This document shows, piece after piece, positions 39,101-49,314 of a stretch of DNA of 64,000 nucleotides; position 1 is the first letter of the stretch; each line of letters opens with the position of its first letter. Made by a program: the position numbers and the translations under genes. Source of the stretch: Anaeramoeba ignava BMAN (Eukaryota; Protista; Anaeramoebae); contig JAPDFW010000114.1 of assembly GCA_028826165.1 (NCBI GenBank), forward strand, positions 744,001 through 808,000, read 5' to 3'. The notes beneath the pieces were generated by a model, which was not told where the DNA came from, ran no database searches, and saw only the letters and a program-made list of their open reading frames with translations.

Positions 39101-40854
39101 CAGCAATTGCAATCCCAGAATTAATGCGAATTCTAATTGATGAATACGATGTCAAATGGGATCAAGCCTGGGACATCACAACCCAGACATTTGCTTACAC
39201 AAACCACACAATCCTTCCTGAAGCACTTGAAAAATGGGACATCGAATACTTCCAGACACTTTTCCCAAGACATATGGAAATCATCTTCGAAATCAACTGG
39301 AAATTTCTCGAATTTGTCAAATCAAAGTTTCCTAACGATAACGACCGCTACTCCAGAATGAGCTTGATCGAGGAAGGATTCGTCAAGCGCGTCCGTATGT
39401 CTCATCTAGCAATTGTCGGGTCTCATGCAGTCAACGGTGTTGCGGGTATTCATACAAAAATTTTGGAATCGACTCTTTTTAAGGACTTTTATGAATTGTG
39501 GCCAGAGAAGTTTCTTAATGTTACCAACGGCGTAACCCCAAGAAGATGGCTCAACCAAGCAAATCCCCTGCTTGCCGAGGCTATTACAAAGCGTCTCGGA
39601 ACAAGTGATTGGATCACAAATTTGAATCTTCTTGAGAAATTGCGGAATTTTGCGGACGATCAAGAATTCCAAACACAATTTGCTCAGATCAAAATGGAAA
39701 ACAAAAAACGGCTCAGAGAATACATCAAGAAAACTATGAACATCAAGATCCCAATCAACGCGCTTTATGATATTCACATCAAACGGATCCATCTTTATAA
39801 AAGACAACTTTTGAACATTCTTTCGGTTATTTACCGTTATTTGACAATCACAAAAATGAAAAAAGAGGATCGCGAAAAGATTGTGAAGCGCGTGGTTATT
39901 TTTGCAGGTAAATCCGCGCCAGCTTATAAAGAAGCCAAGGCTGTTGTTCATTTGATCAATCGTGTCTCTTATGTTATCAACAACGACCCAACTATTGGCG
40001 ATGCTCTCAAGGTTGTTTTTGTTCCTAATTACGGAGTATCGCTTGCTGAACTGCTCATCCCTGCTGCAGATATATCACAACAAGTCTCAACTGCAGGCAC
40101 AGAGGCAAGCGGCACTGGAAACATGAAATTCGTCCTCAATGGCGCCCCTATTCTTGGCACACTTGATGGAGCAAATATCGAGATTGCTGAATGCGTTGGT
40201 AAGGAAAACATGTTCATCTTCGGAATGAATGTCGAACAGGTCAATAAGGCTCGAATAGAAAATGCAAACAAAGGCACAAGTCATGTTATAACAAGGGAAT
40301 TAAAATCCGTTATTGCGGCTATAAAAGGGGGATTATTTGGAAATTATCTTGATTTTTCGATCATCATTGACCCCCTTTTATCATCTGATTTTTTCTGTGT
40401 TTCAAACGATTTCGACGATTATTTAAAGACTCAAGAAAAAGTGGATCAGACGTTTATGAACAAGAAAAAATGGAACAAAATGGGAATTATGAATATTGCC
40501 GGATCAGGGTTTTTTTCGATCGACAGAACCATTAATGAGTATGCCAAGAAGATCTGGTCTGTTTCACCTCAGCCTCTTCCTCCAATGAATGAAGACGACA
40601 TCGAAGTCAAGCAGCCTATGCGGCGCGATATTGACACAAGTCCTCGTCTTAATAGTCCCACAGACAGTGATCCAAATTCCGGCGGAAAAAGTAGTTCTTA
40701 TAGAAGAGTTCATCTTTCTACTTCTTTGTCAAGAACTCCGGATTCAAGTGTTCTTTCGGATGATAATAAATCTGATCCGGAGAAAAAATCTTTGGAATCT
40801 AGAAGACATCAAACCCCTATTTTGGGAACTAAAGAGGGATTTAATACTAATTGA
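36141..40854 (+). CDS. Glycogen phosphorylase; exons 36141-36229, 36566-36627, 36693-36800, 37290-37552, 37961-38158, 38359-38583, 38848-40854
   Basis: [59 protein letters not shown] and [10 protein letters not shown] (PLP lysine); all exons splice in frame. Confidence 0.97.
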
Positions 40855-40869
40855 TTTTATCAAGAAAAT

Positions 40870-41630
40870 TTAAGAACAATTTTTAAAAAAAATTTTAAAC
40901 AATTTTAACAAGAAAATTTAACAAGAATTTTAACAAGAATTTTAACAAGAATTTTAAAAAGAATTTTAAAAAGAATTTTAAAAAGAATTTTAAAAAGAAT
41001 TTTAAAAAGAATTTTAAAAAGAATTTTAAAAAGAATTTTAACAAGAATTTTAACAAGAATTTTAACAAGAATTTTAACAAGAATTTTAACAAGAATTTTA
41101 AAAAGAATTTTAACAAGAATTTTAACAAGAATTTTAACAATTTTAACAAGAATTTTAACAAGAAAATTAAAAAGAAAATTAAAAAGAATTTAACAAGAAA
41201 ATTAACAAGAATTTAACAAGAATTTATAATTAAATTTATAATTAAATTTATAATTAAATTTATAATTAAATTTATAATTAAATTTATAATCAAATTTATA
41301 ATTAAATTTATAATTAAATATATAATCAAATTTATAATTAAATTTATAATCAAATTTATAATCAAATTTATAATCAAATTTATAATCAAATTTATAATTA
41401 AATTTATAATTAAATTTATAATTAAATTTATAATCAAATTTATAATCAAATTTATAATTAAATTTATAATTAAATTTATAATCAAATTTATAATTAAATT
41501 TATATTTAAATTTATAATCAAATTTATAATTAAATTTATAATCAAATTTATAATCAAATTTATAATTAAATTTATAATTAAATATATAATTAAATATATA
41601 ACAAAATTTATAATTAAATTTATAATCAAA
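40870..41630. repeat. Two adjacent 12-mer minisatellites (AACAAGAATTTT and AAATTTATAAT(T/C))
   Basis: Tandem units read directly; source of the LKFL and IINL ORFs. Confidence 0.85.
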
Positions 41631-41883
41631 TTTATTTTGATTTATAAACTTTCTTTTATTTTTTTAAATTCATTAAATTCTTACAAATTATCCATTTTAA
41701 ATTTATCTTTTCTTGTCAATTTCAAATTAATTTCCAAAAAAATTTCCTTTTTTTTTAAAAACAAAACAAAACAAAATTCAAAGTCATTTTTTTTTTTGGA
41801 TTTTTTAAAAGAAAAAAAAATTTTTTTTGTTCCATTTTTTTCATTTTTTTCATTTTTGCTTTTGTTTATTTTTTTTTTATAAA

Positions 41884-43579
41884 ATGGATTATAATCAAAT
41901 TGATGAATTACTTCCTATTGAAATTTTTTATCCAGAAGAAGCAAAAAAAGCATTTGTTGTTTGTTCATTTGAAAATGTAAATTTTAAATGTTTTTTCATT
42001 TTTTTTCTTTTCATTTTTTTCATTTTTTTTCTTTTCATTTTTTTCATTTTTTTTCTTTTCATTTTTAAGTGGAAATTTCCTCATGAAATGAAATTAAATC
42101 CAAAAGATAATTTATTTCATGTTACTTTATTTCTTCCAGAAGGAAAACATTTTTATAAATTTGTAATAAATGAAAATTATGGAGATGGTTTTGATTGGAG
42201 AGTTTCAACAGAACAACCTTATACTTATTTATATTCAGGAAATCCAGCAAATTATGTTATAATTTCAAGAAAAAATAATCAAGAAAATTTTAATTTTGAG
42301 AAAAAAGAAAATTTAATTCAATTATGTATTTAAAATTATATTTAAAATTATATTTAAAATTATATTTAAAATTTATTCAAAAAAATAATAATTCTTTTTA
42401 GCAAAAATTATCAAATCTTCTGTCTCTTTTAAATCTTCTAATTTTTTCCTTCTTAATTTAATTGCAATTGAATCAATGTTCACAATTCCAAAAACTACAA
42501 ATTATACAGAAAATTTAATCAATAAAATTATACTTTCTGCACAAAAAGCAGAAAAATCAAATTTAAATTCAAATCAATCAAAAAATTTAATAGAATTTAT
42601 TAAAAAAAATGAAAGATATCATAAATATTTATCACAAATTAAACTTAGAACAACTTCATTTTTTATGAATGAAGAACTTTCTTCAATTATTCAAAATATT
42701 ATAACTCAGCTTTCTTCAGATTCTTTTCATCTTACAAGTTGTTTATTATCAACAAAAACAGGATTTATTTCAAATAAAATTCAAGTTATATTTCTTCATC
42801 CAAATTCTCAAGTTATTTTATTATTCAATTTAAGTTTAAATCAAAACCCTTTTCTTCAAATTTTTAATGATTTACAAGATGCTTTTAATCATATTCTTAT
42901 ATTTTTCAAAGAAAATGATGGAGAAGAATCTAAAAGAAAAAAAATTTTGCAATTTTTTATTCAGTTAAACAATTTAAATCAAAATTTAAATCAAAACCAA
43001 AATTTAAATAATCAAAATGAAAATCAAAATGAAAATCAAAATCAAAATCAAAATCAAAATCAAAATCAAAATCAAAATCAAAATCAAAATCAAAATCAAA
43101 ATCAAAATCAAAATCAAAATCAAAATTTAAATCAAAATTTAAATCAAAATTTAATGGAAAATCAAAATCAAAATGAAAATCAAAATGAAAATCAAAATCA
43201 AAATCAAAATCAAAATTTAATGGAGAATCAAAATCAAAAGGAAAATGAAAATTTAATGGAAAATCAAAATGAAAATCAAAATGATTTTTGGATTTCTTTT
43301 GCAACTCAAGTTTTAGATGAAATTGGAAAACTTTCAGATAAAATTGAAAAAATAGAACAAATTCAAAAAAATAAAATTGAATCAAATTTCGTTTCAAAAA
43401 AAGAATTTAATTCATTTAAAATTAATTTACTCAAGAAAATACAAAAAATTGAAGAAGAAAACAAAAAATTTCATTCTTTATTAATTCAAAATCAAAATCA
43501 AAATAAAAATCAAATTCAAATTCAAAGGAATCGAAATCAAAACAAAACAAATTCAACAAGAAATTTTAAATCAAAATGA
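41884..43579 (+). CDS. CBM48 (AMPK-beta-type glycogen-binding) domain protein; exons 41884-41976, 42070-42325, 42402-43579
   Basis: AKKAFVVCSFEN|WKFPHEM..FHVTLFLPEGKHFYKFVIN..DWRVSTEQP..GNPANYV fits the AMPK-beta CBM pattern (V.GSFNNW, L.LP.G.H.YKF.VDG.W, G..NN). No AMPK-beta C-terminal domain is evident. Confidence 0.75.
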
Positions 43580-43628
43580 AAAATGAATTTAAATGAAAAT
43601 AAAAAATAAAAATGCAAATAAATCTAAA

Positions 43629-45274
43629 TTAATTCTCTTTATTTTTTAATGTAAATCTTGATAATAAATTTTCTTCAATTGAAAGTGAATTTAAACAATC
43701 AACAGAATATTTCATTTCATCATTCCAATCATTTGATTTAACAATAAAACACAAAATCATTTCTTTTGCAACTTTTTCATTAACTCTATTCATTTCAATA
43801 AGTTGAATCCAACTAATATTATTATTATTAAATTTTTCTTGAGATGGAATTACTTTAATAGAATATCTAAAAGAATTTTGATTTTGATTTTAATTTTTAA
43901 TTTTAATTTTAATTTTAATTTTAATTTTAATTTTAATTTTAAATTTTAATTTTAATTTTAATTTTAATTTTAATTTTTTACTCTGCATGAAATTTTTCAG
44001 GATTTCCTCTATAAATAATAAAATCAGTTGCAAATTTTAATCCTATTTTGATAATCCAACCTTTTGAAATGAAATGATGATAAACTTTATATAAATAAAT
44101 AAAAGAATCTGAATTTTTAACAAATTGAATCCAAAGATTTGAAGAATCTATTTTTTTCTATTAAATTTAATAATATTAATAAATTTTCATTGTTTAATTA
44201 AATTAAAAAACAATCATTATTTTGTTTTTGAAATTATTTGAAAAAATAATATAAATTTTTATATACTCCAAAAACATCATAAACTTCTAAAATTTTCTTT
44301 TCAGAAACTAAATAAAAAGTTTCAAAATGATTTAATTGAAGAACTTCTGTCAATTCTTCTCTTGTTTTTAATATATTTTTTATCATTAATTTTTTATTTG
44401 GTTTGTTAAAACGTTTTTGATTTTTAAATTGATTTTGATTTTTAAATTGATTTTGATTTTGATTTTGATTTTGATTTTGATTTTGATTTTGATTTTGATT
44501 TTGATTTTGATTTTGATTTTGATTTTGATTTTGATTTTGATTTTGATTTTGATTTTGATTTTGATTTAAATTTTGATTTTGATTTTGGTTTAAATTTTGA
44601 TTTTGATTTTGATTTTGATTTTGATTTTGATTTAAATTTTGATTTAAATTTTGATTTAAATGTTGAATATGATGTTGAAGTTGATTTTGAATATGATTCT
44701 GAATTTGTTTTTGAATTTCTAATTGCATATCAATTTTTTTTTGATTTTCATTTTGATTTTAATTTTGATTTTGATTTTGATTTTGATTTTGATTTTGATT
44801 TTGATTTTGATTTTGATTTAAATTTCGATTTTTATTTTGATTTTGATTTTGATTTAAATTTAAATTTTGATTTTGATTTTGATTTTGATTTAAATGTTGA
44901 ATATGATGTTGAAGTTGATTTTGAATATGATTCTGAATTTGTTTTTGAATTTCTAATTGCATATCAATTTTTTTTTGATTTTCATTTTGATTTTGATTTA
45001 AATTTAAATTTTCATTTTCATTTTTAAATTGATTTTGATTTAATTTTTCATTATATATTGTTTGATTTCTAGTTAAATTTTGTTTGGATAATTTATTTAA
45101 TTTTGGTTGTCCTCGACTCATTGTTCCTTTCCCAAAATAAAACCCAAAAGAACACAAAAATTTAATATCTTCAGGATTAGAAACAAAAACAATATTTTGA
45201 TCTAAAATTGCTTTAACAATTTTTTCAGAATTTTCAGAATTTTCAAATTGTTTTCTTTTTTTATTTCTTTTCAT
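43629..45274 (-). CDS. TSEN2: tRNA-splicing endonuclease catalytic subunit SEN2; exons 45274-44267 (in-frame TAA at 44761-44759), 44157-43982, 43866-43629
   Basis: [62 protein letters not shown] and RVNEKVAKE supply the Tyr-His-Lys triad. Confidence 0.85.
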
Positions 45275-45343
45275 AACAAAATAAAGAGAAAAAAATGAAA
45301 AATGAAAAATGAAAAATGAAAATTGAAAATTAAAAAATTTTTT

Positions 45344-48300
45344 TTAATCTAATGATCCCCAATCTTTTCCAATTTTAGTTCGGACTGGAAGAGGAACTTG
45401 AAAAGGAACAACGTGTTCCATTACATTTACAATAACTTCTCTTATTTCTTCCAATCTTTCATTTTTAACTAAAAATAAAAGAAGAAAATAAAACAATTAA
45501 TCCAAAAAATATTTTAAATTTTAAATTAAATTTTAAATTGATTTTGATTTTACTTTCAAATACTAATTCATCATGTATTTGAAGAAGCATAGATACTTCT
45601 TCTTCATATCCTTTTTTCACAACTTCTGTATTCACAAGTTGCATTGCTAACTTCATAATATCTGCACTTGTATTATGAACAATTATTCCATTTGCACAAT
45701 ATCCATGAAATTTTGATTCAACAATTAAATCATATGTTTCTTGTATTTTTTCTTTTGAGGAAATAATTCCTTTAACAATATAAAAATGAGAAAAAAGATT
45801 TGAAATCTCACTTGATTTCTCATATTTTTTTGCTTGTTTTTCACTCAATTCTTTAAATGTTACAAAGTTTCCATAAATATTCTCAATAAAAATTTCATAG
45901 TTTTTTTCAAATAAAGATGAATAAACCATTTCTTTTAACTCTTTGAATTTAATTTTGTTCTTTTCCAAAATAACTTTCAATTCTCTAAATTTCCCAATTT
46001 GATTCTTTTCAAAAAAAGAATAAATTCCAATTGATTTTAATAATTGATTCAATTCAAAATTCTTTTTTTTAGCAAATTTAAATGTCATTTTTGCTTCACA
46101 ATAGTTGATTGAATTATTTATCGTCTCAAAATATGAAACTGCAAATCCAACAAAAAAACTTATTCTTTCTTTCCAACTAATTTTCCAAATTCTTTCTGGA
46201 AAAAGAATGCAATTTGAATTGAAGAAGAATTTTTCCCAAAATTTCCTTTTTAAATGAATTTGCAACAAATTGTTATCATTTTGAACATTTTTCAAATTGG
46301 ATTTTGGGAAAAGTTTATTGAAAATGGATAAACAATGTTGAAAAGATTTTTTTGATTTGAATTTGAAAAATAGATCATTTTCATCAGCATCCATTTCACA
46401 ATTATAAAGAAATCCAAATAAATACCAAAAAAGAATTTTAGAATTCATATTGAAATTGAAATTGAAATTATTATCTTCATTTTGTAAATATCCATTTTGT
46501 AATCCTTGTTTTGAAAACAATAAAACACTCTTTTTGGTTATGTTTTTGGCTTTTATCCAAAAATATTCTTTAGTTTCAAAATCAAAACTTAAAAAAGGAT
46601 GGTCCTTTGTGCACCAAATTGAAGTTCCATCATTAAATTCAACTTTGATTGTAATTTGTTTTGGTTTTTGAAGAGCTTGAAAAAATTGGAATTTATATCC
46701 ATCCCAAACTTTGATATTTTGATAATTTTTAAATTTTTGAAATAATTTTTTGATGGAAAAAATTCCTTGTGAAGTCCAAATTTTTGCTTTTGGATACAAA
46801 CAGCCTAATATTAATATAAATAATAAAATATTAATATAATTTTAATAATTTTTTTTCTGTTATAAAAACCTTGAATTGTCGTATTTAATGATATTCTTTC
46901 ATCTTGACTTCTTTTATTATGATTTGTTGAATTTATATTAGGTAAAGGTCTTGATCTTCCAATTATGGTTCGAGTATATCCTAAAGAACGTGCTGATTGT
47001 TTAATCGATTCCCGGAAATTGGATAAATGAGGGAAACTGTCATTAAGATTTTTGATCAATTCTTTTGATTCATCAAGAGAAACTTTTAAAGTATGAGATA
47101 ATTTTGTTGGACCCATCCCATACATATATCCATAAAGAACCCTCTTTATCATTGCTCTTTCATCTTTTGTAACTGATTCTGCTGACTTCTTGAGTATTTC
47201 ACTTGAAATTAAAATGAGAATATCAACATCATCTTGGCGAAGAATAGAAATCATTTTGGGTTCATTTGAAAGATGAGCAAGAATCCTGAGTTCTAAAGCA
47301 GCATAATCAACAGACATTAAAGTGTATCCTGGTTTGCTTACAAAGAATTTACGAAGTGCTGGTGTGATGTTCTGGAGATTTGGGGAAACAGAAGTTAGTC
47401 TTCCTGTTGATGTTCCCACTTGAGATAGATTTGTGACTATTCTTATTGTTGATAATCTTTGCAATTTCTCACTCGGATTTGGTTCTTGCTTTTCTGGATT
47501 CTCTTTTTTCCAGCGTTCTTGAATAAGTTTTTGAAAAGCATTTGAACTTGAATTTGGAGTTGCAATGGGAGTGACAAGATCAATTTTCACTTTGGAAGGA
47601 GATCTTTTCTTTGTTTTTTTGGTTCGAGAATGCAAGTTTTGTTTGTGATTTTCTTTGTCTTTCTCTTTCTCTTTCTTTTTCATTTTCTTCTTGACTGATA
47701 ACATCTGGAAAGGAAAAATACAAGCTTTGGTTTTGGGTTTGCAAAGCTTGCTTCTCAATACGTAATCTTGTTTGTTCTTGTGCACTTTTCAACAAGGATT
47801 TCAAAGTTGCAGATTGCTTCTGGATTCCTCTGTATTTCAAAACAAGAGGGATAATTGGATGAGCATCAGCATAACAAGAAAGAATCTCTTCCGAAGTTGT
47901 TCTGAGGGTTTTTGTTTTGTTTCTTGTAGATTTATTGCTTTCCTTTGGGTTTTGTTCTTCAAGAACTCCCAGTTCATCATAAAGCACTTTGCCAAGTTGA
48001 ACAGGACTTAAAATGATAAATTTATGTCCTGCTTCTTTATAAATTTGCTTTGCTACTTCCTCTAGTTCATTGTCCAACTTTTTTGTGTGTTCAACACAAT
48101 TTCCAAAATCAAAAAGCATTCCTTTGGATTCAATTTCTCTCAACAAAAACGCAAAGGGCATCTCAAATTGATTAAATGTATCAAGTAATCCAAGTGCAAG
48201 AAGCTTCTCGCAAATCTTGTTTTTGGCCTTTTCTGTTCGTAAAAGATCACCAAAAACCTCTTCTCTAATAGAATCAAAGCTTTGATCTCGAAGTTGATCA

Positions 48301-49109
48301 AATTGTTCTTGTTCTTTAATTTTAGGAAGATCTTCCCAATCAAAACCAATTTGTGAAAGAAAAAGTGATCTTAATTTTTCAGAAATTTTGAGCTTTTCAG
48401 TCTCATGTTTCCCGGCAGCATTCAAACGATATAAAAGATCTTCTTGTGTTAATTTTGGATCATTTTTCTCTTCATTTCTCTCTTCATTTTTTGTGCTTGT
48501 TTCAATATCAGGAAAAGAAAATATTTTTGCAAGATTGTCGAAATCATATTGTTCAAGACTTGGATCACAAAGCCAACAAGCAATTTTAAGATCAAAAGGT
48601 ACTTGATCTGTTTTTGGGATTTTCTGCAAAAATAAAGCACGAGAAATTGCTTCAATATCAAAAAGAGCAACTAAAGTAGAATTAGGAACGTTTTCCACAA
48701 GTTTTCTGAATTTATCAAAAGACAAAAGACATTTAAGTTCAGAATCAATAAGTAAAACAATTTTGGGGTTTATCAATCCAGGTTTATCCTTTATTTCCAC
48801 ACTTTCTTCTTTTCTTTTTCTTCCTCGAGGTTTTTTGATTTTTCTTTTTCTAAATGTTGTTTCTTCTTGAGAAATAATTACAGCCCAACAAATTGTTTTA
48901 GCTTTTGAAACTTGTTCTAAAAGAAATTCCCATGCAGAATCTTCAAGAGGAATTGTTTGAAATGATTGTTGAGTTGTTTTTTGTTCTAAAATTAATTCTG
49001 TTTCAACTTTTGCAACTAAAGGTTTTAATTCTTGTTGGAAATAAATTGATTTTGTTTGGTCAATTTGTTGTGTTTTGTTTTTAAAATTTGAAAAGGGTAA
49101 GTTTTTCAT
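45344..49109 (-). CDS. Family A DNA polymerase (Pol nu/Pol theta polymerase-domain-like, no helicase) containing an intein; exons 49109-46870 (frameshift ~47670), 46804-45554, 45468-45344
   Basis: SPVQLGKVLY, HPIIPLVLKYR, GTSTGRL..PNLQNI, motif A SVDYAALELRILAHLS, motif B RAMIKRVLYGYMYGMG, NTTIQG|TSADIMK, motif C QIHDELVFE, C-terminal VPLPVRTKIGKDWG. Confidence 0.92.
45672..46802 (-). mobile_element. Intein (377 aa) with degenerate LAGLIDADG homing endonuclease, inserted at IQG/TSAD of the family A polymerase
   Basis: Block A CLYPKAKIWTSQG (Cys1 at 46802-46800); block B GTSIWCTKDHPF (TxxH); block F ETYDLIVE; block G HGYCANGIIVHN followed by Thr+1. Endonuclease remnants: WYLFGFLYNC, PERIW, ISFFVGFAVS, LNQLLKSIGI. 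Removing it restores NTTIQG-TSADIMK. Confidence 0.95.
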
Positions 49110-49314
49110 TATTTAAATTTATTAATTTATTATTTAAATTTTAAAAAACAAAAAAAAAGGAAAAAATGGTGAATCTTTTATAATGTTTTAGAAAGAAAAA
49201 AATAATTTCTTTTTCTTTTACTCTTTTATAGTTTTCGTTTTTTATTTTTTTTTTTTTCCTTTTCTTTTTTTCATTTTTTTCATTTTTTTTCTTTCATTTC
49301 TTTTTTAAAAAATA

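Noticed and set aside
41827-42069. Phe-rich hydrophobic segments in ORF 41827-42333 as transmembrane helices
   Set aside because: They derive from the T-rich upstream region and an in-frame 93-nt intron (41977-42069); removing the intron restores the CBM48 SFEN-W motif.
44759-44761. TAA/TAG reassigned to Gln (in-frame TAA in the SEN2 QN tract; TAG upstream in Nup96)
   Set aside because: Most conserved genes here (TRAPPC6, Vps34, polymerase, transporters) end at TAA exactly where homologues end, so the standard code applies.
47580-47785. Programmed frameshift or small intron joining the two polymerase ORFs
   Set aside because: The only plausible GT..CAG candidate (57 nt) keeps the same frame and does not fix the shift. 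The shift lies in a GAAA/GAGAAA purine tract, and similar single-base shifts occur in eIF4G, ACL4, the ankyrin gene and transporter copy 2, so an assembly indel is the simplest explanation.
15113-49109. A DNA-repair/ADP-ribose gene cluster (Lig3-like, PARP-like, Pol theta/nu-like)
   Set aside because: The genes are separated by many unrelated housekeeping genes; co-location in a gene-dense eukaryotic genome is not evidence of a cluster.
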